64,000 bases of DNA. Origin: Octopus bimaculoides. Its lineage: Eukaryota. The position numbers were made by a program, and so were the translations under genes. The notes under the pieces were generated by a model that was not told where the DNA came from, searched no databases, and saw only the letters and a program-made list of their open reading frames with translations. Where the stretch lies: positions 10,882,819 through 10,946,818 of the forward strand of contig NC_068992.1 in NCBI RefSeq assembly GCF_001194135.2, in the 5' to 3' direction. Of the stretch, positions 25,495-39,783 are shown one piece after another. Numbering within the stretch: the first letter of the stretch is position 1; each line of letters opens with the position of its first letter.

Positions 25495-25977
25495 AAGTAC
25501 TAGCAGGACTTGTGGTGGGGAAGAATTCTATATTTTATAAATTTCCACATTTCTGTTTTGGAATCAATAAATTTATAGATCTTCATAACATTGCTTCATT
25601 ACATTAAATATTTGGTTTATGTCTTTCATTTTCTTCCATACTTACAGTTTTTGTAGCATGTAACACTGGAACTTATTTGCTTATGTTAAAGATTTCACTT
25701 GCGTCATCCATAGTTAAAATTCTTCAAACTGTAACAATCTCTACTATTATGCTAAAAGTTCTGATAATGTTTTTGATGTCTTTCCATAGATATGGTTATT
25801 CTAAGTGTTTCACTTGAACATGTCTCATTATGCTAAAAGTTTCAGTCTTGTCTTCATTTTCTTTCAAATTGCTTAAATTGTAGCACTAGAACTTCATCAT
25901 GTTTAAAAAGTTTCGTTTATCATCATCGTCACCAGCATCATCATCATCATCTTTGTCATTGTCGTTGTCATAGTTGT

Positions 25978-26190
25978 CATCATCATCATCATTCAATGTC
26001 CACTTAACTATGCTTGCAAGAGCCAGATGGAGTTTCTTAAGATAAGCTTTTTTCAGCTAGATGCTTTTCCTGTCACCAATCCTGACTTCTTTTCAAGCAC
26101 GATAGTATTTCTCCATAGCTGGACATGTTTCTCATGGAAGACTGGAAATGAACAACCTTGCTTGCATTTACAACCATCACATGTTGTCTT
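25978..26190 (-). mobile_element. SINE variant A3 (shares the GAT-tail 3' end)
   Basis: (CAT)n TCAATGTCCAC...CAGCTAGATGCTTTTCCTGTCACCAATCC. The forward-strand counterpart is at about 43410-43525. Confidence 0.5.
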
Positions 26191-26284
26191 AACAAGATTA
26201 CACACAACCACATATACACATACTTACACACATATATATACATCATCATCATCAATTAAAGCCCATTTTCAATGCTGGCATGAG

Positions 26285-26400
26285 GGCTTCTTTCAGTTTC
26301 TGTCTACCAAATTCACCCACAAGGCTTTGGTTTGCTCTAGGTTATATTAATAGATACATGCCCAAGATGCTGTGCAATGGGACTGAACCCATGAGTACAT
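26285..26400 (-). mobile_element. SINE family D fragment
   Basis: GGCTTCTTTCAGTTTCTGTCTACCAAATTCACCCACAAGGCTTTGGT...GGGACTGAACC. Confidence 0.65.
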
Positions 26401-26540
26401 CATTACAAGCTACTAGATGACACATCCACACTTACACATATTTGATTATATTTTCCATAGTTAAGGTTGTTATGAATATAAAACTAAAATGTGAGCATTA
26501 TGACAACCAGAATAATATTGCAATAATTCCTATTATTATT

Positions 26541-26587
<47 letters not shown>

Positions 26588-26944
26588 TATTATTATTATT
26601 ATTATTTGACTTTTTCATTGGCCTATTCAAGAATAAAATTTTGCACTCCTTGCCTTTAGCAGTTAATTGAAAATAAAATAAAGTTTTAATTACAAAGTAT
26701 TATAATTAAAAATATGTTATTTTCTAAAAAATTTCCCACTTTTTATTTTTAAAAAAATTATTTTCATTATTTTTACAAACTAGAAACTGCAAATGTGGTG
26801 GAGACAAATATCTGAATAAATACTTTGCAGTATTTAACCTCCCACTAAATGCGCTAAGTTCTAATCCTCTTCGGATTTCATCTTTCATCGTTGCAGTGTC
26901 AATGAAATAAAAACCAGTTACATACTATCCTTGAAATAACCTAG

Positions 26945-27168
26945 TGTATATCTGGATTCAATCATATTCAGATGAAGTTTATATTATCACCATTTTTGTA
27001 TATGTATAGAGGCTATAACACATAACTGACACTCAACTCCAACTGAGAACTCCTACAATGACTCTATAATGACTGACACAACTCCCCGCACTGGTTGATG
27101 TCTCACTTTATAGTGGCTGGGTCATACCAGTTGCCCCGTGGGAGGGGTGTACCATTTCCTCTACAACA
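26945..27168 (-). mobile_element. Candidate solo LTR
   Basis: Minus strand runs TGT...ACA, with a TATAAA box and an AATATAAAC motif downstream, and is GC-richer than its flanks. Only 3 bp (TAG) of flank duplication. Confidence 0.25.
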
Positions 27169-27407
27169 TAGATGTTGTTGTGATTCCACTTTCAGTTAAT
27201 GATGTAGCTTATAATTGACAATATGTCTTTGACTTAAATCAGATACAGTGATACGAACACTGATGGTTAAGTTCTATTCCTTACTTGATCCACTTGCTAC
27301 CAATTCCATGAAGCTGGCCCTTATTTTATGATAAAAACTTCTTGCTATAAACCAATTAAAATTTATCATCAAAATTTCCTGTTGTTTGAGACACCATCTT
27401 AATAATA

Positions 27408-27600
27408 GTTTCAAATTTTGGCACAAGGCCAGCAATTATGGGGGAAGGGCTAGTAAATTACATGGACCCCAGTGCTCAACTGGTGCTTATTTTATTGACC
27501 ATAAAAAGATGAAAGGCAAAGTCAACCTCAGCAGAAAACATGAACATGGTGCTAAGCATTTTGTTCGGTACAGGAGTGATTCTACCAGCTTAATGCCTTA
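27408..27600 (-). mobile_element. SINE family C
   Basis: TTTCAAATTTTGGCACAAGGCCAGC...GATGAAAGGCAAAGTCAACCTC. Confidence 0.7.
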
Positions 27601-28899
27601 TTTACAAAATTACTAAATTCTCAATTGTTTAAACATTATTTGAAAGAAAGTCATTCTATGTCTACAGAAATATGGCAAAAAAAAAAAGAATCTGCATCGT
27701 AGCATCATTCATGGAATGGACTTTGGTTTATGGATTATTTCTTACAACACTAGCATCAATAGTATATATTCATTTCATTCTTTTCTTCCATCAAATTCAA
27801 ATATTTGTTTCTTGTCTAGCGCAAGTCATTTTTACAGCTCGATGCTCAGCCTACTGCTAACCATTCAACTGTCATAAACGTTTCCAAAGACATCATGCAA
27901 CATATGTAGACTATTAAATTAAATTAAACTCAAAACATGTAAACATATTCCAGTATATTCTAGTCTTGTTCAGAAAAAATTTCCAATCTATAACTCAAAT
28001 GTAAAGAGAGATACCAACTTTAGTAGACTTTCTTTTAACTCGCGAATGTTTTCACAGTGAGACCAAAATATGCTTCAGTATATTTATCCAAACAAAGTAT
28101 AATTCAATCAAACAGTCTGTGTATTGCATTACTCTGGATGGGAGACTTTCCTTAAGATATTTTTATCAATTTTATGTCAATATTTGTTCTATATATATAT
28201 ATATATATATATATATGGGAGAATGTATGAAAAAACAACAACAGACGAGGACAGGTGGTGTAAATAACAAAAGGATGTATTNNNNNNNNNNNNNNNNNNN
28301 NNNNNNNNNNNNNNNNNNNNNNNNNNNNNNNNNNNNNNNNNNNNNNNNNNNNNNNNNNNNNNNNNNNNNNNNNNNNNNNNNNNNNNNNNNNNNNNNNNNN
28401 NNNNNNNNNNNNNNNNNNNNNNNNNNNNNNNNNNNNNNNNNNNNNNNNNNNNNNNNNNNNNNNNNNNNNNNNNNNNNNNNNNNNNNNNNNNNNNNNNNNN
28501 NNNNNNNNNNNNNNNNNNNNNNNNNNNNNNNNNNNNNNNNNNNNNNNNNNNNNNNNNNNNNNNNNNNNNNNNNNNNNNNNNNNNNNNNNNNNNNNNNNNN
28601 NNNNNNNNNNNNNNNNNNNNNNNNNNNNNNNNNNNNNNNNNNNNNNNNNNNNNNNNNNNNNNNNNNNNNNNNNNNNNNNNNNNNNNNNNNNNNNNNNNNN
28701 NNNNNNNNNNNNNNNNNNNNNNNNNNNNNNNNNNNNNNNNNNNNNNNNNNNNNNNNNNNNNNNNNNNNNNNNNNNNNNNNNNNNNNNNNNNNNNNNNNNN
28801 NNNNNNNNNNNNNNNNNNNNNNNNNNNNNNNNNNNNNNNNNNNNNCAACCCCTTAAAAACAGACTGAATTATAGATAATGATTTCGTAGTTATTGTAGT

Positions 28900-29181
28900 C
28901 ATTGCCAGTGCCGCTGGACTGGCTCCTGTGCAGGTGGTACGTAAAATACACCATTTTGAGCATGGCCATTGCCAGTACCACCTGACTGGCCTTCGTGCCG
29001 GTGGCACGTAAAAGCACCTACTACACTCTCGGAGTGGTTGGCGTTAGGAAGAGCATCCAGCTGTAGAAACTCTGCCAAATCAGATCGGAGCCTGGTGTAG
29101 CCATTTGGTTCACCAGTCCTCAGTCAAATCGTCCAACCCATGCTAGCATGGAAAGCGGACGTTAAACGATGATGATGATGA
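28900..29181 (+). mobile_element. SINE family A, low-divergence copy
   Basis: Two internal GTGC.GGTGG.ACGTAAAA units, then the body and (GAT)n tail, matching 1-230. Confidence 0.9.
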
Positions 29182-30950
29182 CATCTATCTCCTTTACAGC
29201 AGTACATGTTTCTGCCCTCATTCTTGATAACTCTCTCTCCCTCTCTCTTTTTCTTTCTCTCTCTGTCCCTTTTTTTCTCTCTCTCTCTCAGGCACATGAG
29301 TGTGTGATGAGTTTTTTCTGAGAGCTTTGTTAAAAGGAAACAAAGAAAGAATGAAAGAAAGAAAGACAGGAAGAAGAACAAGGAAGAGAGAAAGAAAGAG
29401 AAAATAAAAGGAGAAAGTAAGAAAGAAAAAAGCAAGAGAGAGAGAAAGAGAGAAGACTTACTATAGGATAACCTCACAACACTTTTGATTCATATCAAGT
29501 ATCAGAAGTTGACTCTTTCTGTTTATTCTTTCACAGTACTAATTTAATGTTACAGCCACTAATAACTCATAATTTATATAGACATTTGTTGAGCACTTTG
29601 GTGAGGAATATTTCACTAATGCTAAGGAGCACATACACATTTTGCTAACCAGTATGTATCCCCCTTGGATGTTAATTCCATGTTGAGCAATTTGAGACAG
29701 TGTATTCATACAAATCCAGATACTACTGTAATGTAGTAACTGGTTTGTTAGTTACAGTTTTAGTTAATTACTTACATGTAAGCTATAGACATTTGATGAA
29801 ATAGCTGGAATGAATTCCATTGTATCAAATTATAGAAGTGCAATGATTGATTTTTATGACATTGATTCCATTACACATCAGAAGTCATAAAAGAGACTTG
29901 GACAATGATTTCCAAACTCAGACAACAGAGATTAACTTTTCAATTATGTTTTATATATAACTTATAGTGTATAATTGCTATCACCATTATAGAATCCCTT
30001 GTGGTTTTAGTTATACATCAAATTGGTGATGTATTTCTACGAATGGAACATTTAGCATTGGATGAACTATTGCACTACAATCATCAGAAAGTCACTTTGT
30101 AACTGTGCAGTTACAAGTTCAATTCCACTGCACAGTGATTTGGACAATTTGACTTCTACTGTAGCTTCAAATCAACCAAAGCCTTTTGAGTGAAATTTGA
30201 TTGATGGAAAATGAGTGGAAGCCTGTAAGAAGAAATGATTGTGTCTTTGGGTGGTAGACTTCCTCTATCACCCAGTTTAACACCACTTCCTGGCCTTTGG
30301 GTGTTTTTAACAGAAATCTTTCTGTTGTTAAATTAAGGACAAGTTTCCAATTTGCAAAGACTCTGAGAAGGTTTACAAGAGTTGTTCTTCCTCCACTAAC
30401 TACACTATTAAAAGGAAAAAAAAGGATGACTTCCCTTCCTGCTGAGACTGAAAACATGGCTCTTGGTTTTGTACCTTTGCAAGGTCCACAGGAAGAATTG
30501 AATTTGGCAATGCAAATTCACAAATTATTTAATCACAATGCTCCAGCATGGTCACAGTACAGTGACTAAAATAAGAAAATGGATACACTTTCTTAAAATA
30601 GTAAGTATGATACCTTGTCTGCTATTTATGACAATGTGCAAGATGAGCTGCCATTAATCCTAATTATAATTGATTTAAATTACATGGAAGGGTTCTTTCA
30701 CTTCTCAAAGAGATTCTTACCTACACGTCTCTCAAGATATAGTTAAAGTAAGGCCTGTATATCTGAAGGGAGCAGTTGGATGCAGGAGTTGTCAAGAGAG
30801 TCAGCATTGCTACACTCAAAAGCCTTAATGAGATCCCACCACAATTCGTAGGGTTTTAAAGAAAGCTGCTGAACCCTTGTTTAGTTCATCCATCCTTGGA
30901 GAATGGCTTTGTATTTTTGTCTATTTAAGTTGACTATCCACCATCCACGT

Positions 30951-31333
30951 GGAGGTGCAATGGCCCAGTGGTTAGGGTAGTGGACTCATGGTCATAGGAT
31001 TGTGGTTTCGATTCCCAGACCGGGCGTTGTGAGTGTTTATTGAACGAAAACACCTAAAGCTCCACGAGGCTCCAGCAGGGGATGGTGGCGAACTCTGCTG
31101 TACTCTTCCACCACAATTTTCTCTCACTCTTACTTCCTGTTTCTGTTGTGCCTGTAATTCAAAGGATCAGCCTTGTCACACTGTCACGCTGAGTATCCCC
31201 GAGAACTGCGTTAAGGGTACACGTGTCTGTGGAGTGCTCAGCCACTTGCACGTTAATTTCACGAGCAGGCTGTTCCATTGATCGGATCAACTGGAACCCT
31301 CGACGTCGTAAGTGACGGAGTGCCAACAACAAC
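30951..31333 (+). mobile_element. SINE family B, full length, tRNA-Arg-like head
   Basis: A box TGGCCCAGTGG, B box GGTTTCGATTCC, about 380 bp long, (AAC)n tail. Nearly identical to 63637-64000. Confidence 0.9.
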
Positions 31334-32893
31334 TACCCTCCACACACCAAGGTTTAATCCCCAGAGTACTGTTCTTGCTTTATCCACTGACAGCTTAGCC
31401 AAGGAACAGATGGCACTGGTTTACATGATTATCAGTCATACACCATTTATGAAATGACATGAGCCATGAACTGACATGATATCTTTTTACAACTAAGTGT
31501 TGAAATTTATTAGTTTTTGTGTAATGCCTGCTGCAGCAGGAGCTGGAGTGCTGACCTTTTAACCTGTGACCTTAGACCTTTCAATACTGTACTAAATTTT
31601 TCAACTGTAACAGAATGCATGATATAAACGTTTCTGTCTTTCTTGGAACTTCCCTAGAACTTTAAAGCTTTGAGGAAATTCCTACCAACACAACTCATTT
31701 GGATAAGAAGATATACAAGTCCATTTCTTCTTCTTTATTCCCTTACTAAATATTTCTGACCTGACATCTAGCTTCTCTCTCTTGTAGCTAATTGATTTTG
31801 TTCTTTGTTTCTCACCAATTTTTCCATTTTAATCCAGGTCTGTCACTTAACTAAAATGATAAAGTAGTCACAAATGGAATACCTGTCAATATAAGCAAAG
31901 ACATCGCTAAATTTTTTTCCACTGAAGCAAATTTCTGGGCAAATTTTGTCTTTCTTTACAAACATATGTGCTTCTATGAAAATATCCATCTTTAATAAAA
32001 AATGAAATTCTGTTTCTTCATGAAAAATCTCTCTGCGCATGTTCTCCCTTTGTGCACTAGATGTAAAACAAGTGTGCACGCACACAAGCAAACAGCTTAG
32101 AGGGAACATTGATTTTAAACCAGCTTGATCAGAGTAGACCTGGGGCCCAATAGCAACAACAACAACAGTAATAACATCTTTCTGTATATTAGGAATTTCT
32201 TCTTGCAATATATTTTTCTTTTAATCATTTTTCCTTCATTTTTTTTCATTTTTTTTTACTTTGTAGGATGTCATTTTGAGAGGAAGATTTTATAATTTGA
32301 TTTAGAAGTTTTCCTCACACAAGCACTACCACCACCACCACCACTAACAGCAGCAGCACCACCACAATCACCACTGCCACCACCACAATTACACTGTGCG
32401 ATTCATAAATGCTGTCGATTGATGAAGAAAATAATTACACAAATACGCATATAAGCACACATACATAAACAAGAAAAAGCAAAACAATACAAATAAAGCA
32501 AAGCACATACGAAGAAAGAAAAAATATACAAATAATAGTAAAAAATATCAACACAACAAAGTGAAAAAAATCTGAAGTCAATTGATGAGTTTCTGTCCAA
32601 ATTATTTTATACTTTGATCTTCGATTTTCGTTCCCACACAGTTGTAATTACAAGAAGCCCTATTGGACTTTCATCAAGCTAATCAAATGAAATTCACAAT
32701 TCTCAATTTGAATGTTAATTGTCCCATTTATCCTCAACGATTTTCATTGCACTGCACACTTGCATTTTATGTGTGAATATATGTGTATACATGTTGTGTG
32801 TGTTAGCATGTGTGTGTCTCTGTGTGTCTGTTCATGTATTCACAAATCTGAATTTATATGTAGTTATATATATATGAGTATATATGTATGTGT

Positions 32894-32945
<52 letters not shown>

Positions 32946-33005
32946 NNNNNNNNNNNNNNNNNNNNNNNNNNNNNNNNNNNNNNNNNNNNNNNNNNNNNNN
33001 NNNNN

Positions 33006-33046
<41 letters not shown>

Positions 33047-33982
33047 TACACACATCCACACACACATATCTATCTATTTATATATATGGGGAGAGAGAGA
33101 GAGGGGGAGAGAAAGGAGAGATAGACAGATAGTTAGATAGATACAGGGGAGAGAAAAAAAAAGGAGAAGGAAAGTAAGGAATAAATATGCATTCCTGTAG
33201 AGAATGCATTTTCTTAGAAATGCTGATAGGAACAAAAAGAAAGGTAAAAGTAAATTTTTGTCTTAAAGCTTGCAGAAATATTGTTGTTCTAAGATTGCTG
33301 TTAGTTTATTTTATTGGTATTATTTATTTGTAACTATATATGGGAAAACAAAGATGGAGTTAATAATATAATTTTTGCTGTTGTTGTTTTCTATTTTTTT
33401 TTTTTTTTTTNNNNNNNNNNTTTTTTTTTTTTTTGTTATCATGTTTTTATATTTTATCCGGAAATTAGTCTTTGCAAGGAAATTTTCTCTTTTTTGCCCG
33501 AAGTTAATACAAATTTTATTTAGTCGTGTGTATTGGTTGAATAAACTTATGTTTCTTACTTAATGTGTTAGAAATACACAGTCAACACAACCAATCAACA
33601 GAGCAAGTTAATTAGGGGGAAGATGAATTTGTATTGTTATTTGAAGGAAAGTGAAGTGAAATGATAGAGAAGAAAAAAAACAAACAAACAAAAAGAAAAG
33701 AAATAGAAAATAGAAAAAGTCAAAAACAATCAGGATTTATAAATGGATAAAGGTGATACAAAAACTGAACTTTCGATGTGAGGTATGAACTAGCAGTGAT
33801 TAATAATCTCTGAAAATTAAATGATTTTATGTATTATTGCAATAGAAGGAGAACAGTGCAAAAACTGAATAAAAGATCTTGATGAAGATTATGTCATAGA
33901 GAACAAATTATATATTAATAACAATAATCGTTTGGTTTCACAACTACATTGACTTCAGGTTCAATCCCATTGTGTGGTACCT

Positions 33983-34154
33983 TGGAAATAACAGTCAAAA
34001 CTCTTATTTAAACAACCGAAAATATATAACTGGATGCTATATAGGTATGTGAATGATTTTCTTGGCCCGTTTGCTCATGTATGGTTGACTTCTGTAGTTA
34101 TTATCAGTGTTATTTTTCCAGCGGTTTAAATAAGAGTTTTGACTGTTATTTCCA
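33983..34154. mobile_element. 172-bp MITE-like element with a perfect 31-bp inverted repeat
   Basis: TGGAAATAACAGTCAAAACTCTTATTTAAAC (33983-34013) is the exact reverse complement of 34124-34154. Confidence 0.75.
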
Positions 34155-34532
34155 GGAGGTAGACATATTCAGTATGTCCTTTGATTAATATAAATTTTAA
34201 TCTTCTTTCAGCTATTTAATGCTTATTTGGAACTGCAATCACCTATATTATTAATTCTGTTATTATCAATTTACTTATATTACCCTAAATAATAATAGAG
34301 TTAATAACATCTTTGCAATTAAAAATATAAAAGGGCGACAATTTACTCATCGCAGGCTGCATATGTATGTACACACGCACACACACACATTCACACAAAC
34401 AATGCACATAGATAGATAGATAGACAGATTTATGTATATGTATATATAGATACATGCATATAACATATACACATGCACATGCATACACATATATGTGTGT
34501 GTACACCATCATGCATATATTTCCAAGTAAGT

Positions 34533-34627
<95 letters not shown>

Positions 34628-34944
34628 ATACTTGAAACAAGGTATACTTTATTTGCCAGCATAAATGATGCACTGGTTTTATTCTTAAACTTATCAAAAA
34701 AGTCCCCTGCCTCTAATAGGAGTCTGAGTGTTGTTGGCTAGGGAGCTAAATAACATAAGTTCATGAGGTACACTTATGGGTATTAATAAAACACATATTG
34801 GAAAGAAGCCAAATTATCAGAGTCAACACAAATTTAAGAGAAATTATTTATGGTTCATTGGCAGTTATGCAAGGGGCATACATCAATGTATCAAGTCTCT
34901 CCTTTCCCAGTATACGTGACCTAAAGCTAATATATGTTCTACAT

Positions 34945-35152
34945 TAAGGTGGTAAGCTGGTAGAATTGTTAGCACACCAAGTAAAATGTTCAGTGGCATT
35001 TCATTCATCTTTATGTTCTGAGTTCAAATTCCACCAAGGTCAACTTTGCCTTTTATCCTTCCAGGGTTGACAAAATAAGTAGCAATTGAGGTTGATGTAA
35101 TTGACTCACCTCTTCCCTGAAATTGTGATCCTTAAGCCAAAATTTGAAACCA
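34945..35152 (+). mobile_element. SINE family C
   Basis: AAGGTGGTAAGCTGGTAGAATTGTTAGCAC...GAGTTCAAATTCC...TTTGCCTTTTATCCTTCCAGGGTTGACAAAATAAGTAGC. Confidence 0.75.
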
Positions 35153-36788
35153 ATATGGCCTACATTATTTAATAACTGTATTATTTAAAGAAAAGTTTGT
35201 TTATTATTTCAATGTAAAAATACTCCTAGAAAAGTGAATGGAATGTTAACAAACCTTCATTCCAGCCATTTGCACTGACACTCCTCTTCACCTATTTGTA
35301 TTTTTCTGTCTGTTTTGTTCCATTTTTTCCAGTGTGTTTACATTTGTTTGCATGTACCAGGCTTTATTGGTATCATTCTATTTCGTTTTTGCAATGGCAA
35401 ATTTAATTTAGTTTCCTTTAAATGTTAATATAAACTTACATTGTATGATTTCATATTTTATTCCATTATACTGTCATGGAAGTGTTTTTTTTTACATGTG
35501 CAGAATCACATACTATCCATTACAAAACCATTTTAAATATCTTTCAATGAAAAATACTGAGAATTTTTTTCTCAAAATATATCCTTGGAAAATTGGAGGT
35601 GTCTTATGCAAGGTCAGCAAATATGGTAATTAAAAGGAGTAAAAACACGAATGGTTACTGGCTAGACTGAGTTAGGCCACTCCATGATCAATTATCAAAT
35701 TTGCTTAGAAGTGCAACCAAATGCACCAATAAGCGGTTTTGAGACATTTAGTGTTGAAAAATTCCAATAATTTGGGGGTATGAGCAAGCTTCATGAAATG
35801 TTTCAGTTTTATATTTACTAATAATATATCTAATGTATGCTAATTATATTCCCTTTTCAAATGAGGTTCTTTATTCTACTGGTTCTACAAGTCAATGCAT
35901 CAAACTGTGATGCATTTTCTTAATGCTAAATACCAACAAACATCATCATTGCCAAAGCAGTGTCAATATGAAGGCATGCAGAGACAAACATGCATACATA
36001 TACATATATGAGCACACACATCAAACATACATGCTCAATTGCACACACAAATGCACAAATACACACATGCATACACATACATGTGTGCTTACACACAACC
36101 TCATACACATTCCAGATGCATGCATGCACATGTACATACACAAAGTTACACAGACATATGCATACATAATTAAGCTCATATACATATATACACGTGCATA
36201 CACATACATGTATGCATGCAAACACATGTACATATACATGTGCACAACCATGCACACACCTACATATACATATGCTCACACAGATGAACACACATACATA
36301 CAAGTCCGCACATGCACATGTATATACACACACACAAGTCCGCACATGCACATGTATATAATACACAAAAACACACACACACACACATGCACACCTATAG
36401 GATTGGCTTCCATACAGTTTCTGTCTTTTGAATAGACAATTATAAATTGTTAATTAATTACAACTTTATTGTGGTGTTTATTGGGATTGAAACTGGGGCG
36501 ACATGGTTGAAAAGTTAACTTCTTAACCACACAGCTATACCTTGGCTTATAATATGAGCTTCTTAATATATTCTTAGATTCTTAGAATGTCCGTCAAGTG
36601 AAATCTTTATCCAGTCATGTGAATAGAGACTTATGATGAGATTCAGTACCAGCTTTAAATAAATTAGAAATGATGCTTTACAATTCCTTTAACACATGAC
36701 TACATGATTGTGTCTCTTTCTGATCTGGTCAGGTACACATATGTGTGTGTTTGTGTGTGTTTGTGTGTGTATGTATCTGCCTATCAAG

Positions 36789-36856
<68 letters not shown>

Positions 36857-37640
36857 ATATATATATATGTATGTATAGATAGATAGACAGACAGATAGAG
36901 AGAAAAGTAGATAGATAAATTATATAGATAGATAGATTAGATAGATGGATAGATAGATAAGCATATACATATAAATGTGGGTATAACAATATATATATAT
37001 TGATAATAAAAAAAGATATAATACAATTATTAGTTAAGGGGATAAGATATTTATAGTACACTTTAATATTTTCAATAGATATTGATTTTGAAAATATATC
37101 TGAAAGGACCTGAGGAGCTAGTTGACTATAACTTATGTCATATTTTTCTTTTCAACTCAAGAGCTTTATTGGTCGATAAGTAAAATATATGAGTTTTTTT
37201 TTAAAGTTTTTAATTATTTATTACTTTTATTGTTTCCTTGAAGAATGATCTTTAAGTTAAGAACTTTGGTTGATTCTTTGTTAATTACATTTTATATATT
37301 TTTTAATTTTTATTTATATATCTATCTTCCCCAGCAGTCATCTTTATCAAAGATTAATAACGAGAATTCACTTTATTTGTCCAAAGCTAATCAATAGACT
37401 ATATATATTGGCTTATGAATAATTGTGATTTTGGTTTTATTATTATTATTATTGTTATCATTATTATTATCATCATCATCATTATTATGATCTTCATTTT
37501 GAAAAATGAAGATATATTTTCTGCTGATGCTATTTCATGCCCCAATCATCTAAAAAAATAAATAAATAAATAAATAAACCAGAAAAGGAGAAAAAGGTTT
37601 CAGATGTGAAAAAAATCAAAGAGGGAAAACAATAATAATG

Positions 37641-37677
<37 letters not shown>

Positions 37678-37807
37678 TGATAATAATGATGATAACGATA
37701 ATAATAGTAATAATAGTGTAATCCTGATTTCTGACTACATTGTGAATTCNNNNNNNNNNATAATAATAATAGTAATAATAATAATGATAATAATAATGAT
37801 GATGATA

Positions 37808-37838
<31 letters not shown>

Positions 37839-38334
37839 TCATCATCATCATCATAACCATCATCATCATCATTATTATTATTGTGGAAAAGTAAATTTGA
37901 AACACTTACAACCTTTGTATAGTCTTCAATGTAAATAGTATAGAATTCATTTAGGAATATGGCAATTTTCTTTCCTTTGGTTTTTGCATTTTCAGCTTAT
38001 TGAAAGGTTGTGTAATTTATTTGTGTGTAGATGCATGTGTGTACATGTTGTGTGTGTATGCATACTTGCACAATATTAAAGTCTAAAAAGTATCTTTTAA
38101 TATCTAAACTTTATGAATATTCAATATTTAAACCTTTCAATTAATAATTTTCATGCTGAATCGAGAGATTTTATTTTGCTAAGATTGCATCTTAAATTTA
38201 AAAGTCATAAAAATGTTATGTTGTGCGAATGAAACTATTCTTAACATATTCATTTTTTTATGTACAAGTTTTGGTCATTGGCCTGCAGCCAAGATGAGCT
38301 ACCAATGTACAGGGTTTTAGTTGATCTTGCATGG

Positions 38335-38620
38335 CTCACTGGTTAGAGTATCAGGCCTAAATAGTGAGGTTTTGAGTTTGTTTCCTGGACCGATCTGTGT
38401 GTTGTGTTCTTGAGCAAGACACTTTATTTCACGTTGCTCCAGTTCACTCAGCTGTAGAAATGAGTTGTAATGTCACAGGTGCCGATCTGCATCAGCCTTT
38501 TCCTTTCCTTAGGTAACATCAGTGCCATGGAGAGGGGAGGCTGGTATGCATGGGCGACTTCTGGTCTTCCATAAACAACCTTGCCCAGGAGGTGTCTTTA
38601 TCCTAGTTCATTTTGTGGAC
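38335..38620 (+). mobile_element. tRNA-derived SINE with a CORE-like domain (distinct 3' part)
   Basis: GTTCTTGAGCAAGACACTTTATTTCACGTTGCTCCAGTTCACTCAGCTGTAGAAATGAG resembles the CORE-SINE central domain as I recall it. Confidence 0.55.
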
Positions 38621-39084
38621 TCTAGTGCTTTATTTGGGTCTTACTTTATTAGCCTTGGAGGTGGATGGAAGATCGCGATAAATAAGTGTAAGTTATATAT
38701 GATAAGTATGTGTGTATCAGCATGAAATGTTCAAAAAAGAAATTAAATCATTGAACAAAAATACCTTGTAGAATATCTAGCCATTTCCTCAAGATATACA
38801 AAATATTTTCATTCAATGCATCTATTTCTTCCTTTTTTTTTACCATCTTATGTTGATACAAACATGCATATACACACACACTCAAACATAGACATATGTA
38901 TGCATGAGCATATGCAAATATATATATGTACATGGGTGTGCATAAGCATAGGGATGGAGAAGTTTGCTTTGCAGTCATACAGCTTTGAGTTTCTTTCTGC
39001 TGAGTGGCACAGGAGATACTATCTATGGCCATATCTGAAGTTGATCAATGCTTTGTGAAATTGGTAGACAGTCTATACTGAAAC

Positions 39085-39143
39085 ACATGGTCTATCTATC
39101 TATCTATCTACCTACCTATATATTTATCTATCTATCTATTTAA

Positions 39144-39231
<88 letters not shown>

Positions 39232-39704
39232 TTATCTATCTATTTATCTATCTATTTAACTATCTATCTATCTATCTGTCTGTCTGTCTGTCTATCTATT
39301 TAACTATCTATGTATCTATCTATTTGTCTGTCTGTCTGTCTGTCTATGTATCTATCTACAAAAAGAGAGAAGGTACTTACTTTCATGTACCTNNNNNNNN
39401 NNNNNNNNNNNNNNNNNNNNNNNNNNNNNNNNNNNNNNNNNNNNNNNNNNNNNNNNNNNNNNNNNNNNNNNNNNNNNNNNNNNNNNNNNNNNNNNNNNNN
39501 NNNNNNNNNNNNNNNNNNNNNNNNNNNNNNNNNNNNNNNNNNNNNNNNNNNNNNNNNNNNNNNNNNNNNNNNNNNNNNNNNNNNNNNNNNNNNNNNNNNN
39601 NNNNNNNNNNNNNNNNNNNNNNNNNNNNNNNNNNNNNNNNNNNNNNNNNNNNNNNNNNNNNNNNNNNNNNNNNNNNNNNNNNNNNNNNNNNNNNNNNAAA
39701 TATA

Positions 39705-39783
<79 letters not shown>

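Noticed and set aside
30951-31025. tRNA-like sequence (also 63637-63710)
   Set aside because: It is the head of a repeated SINE, with an imperfect cloverleaf and a continuing SINE body, so it is not a tRNA gene.
30167-32208. ORFs 30297-30569, 30167-30457 and 31843-32208 in unique sequence
   Set aside because: No recognisable domains. Lengths are within chance expectation, and I could not link them with consistent splice sites.
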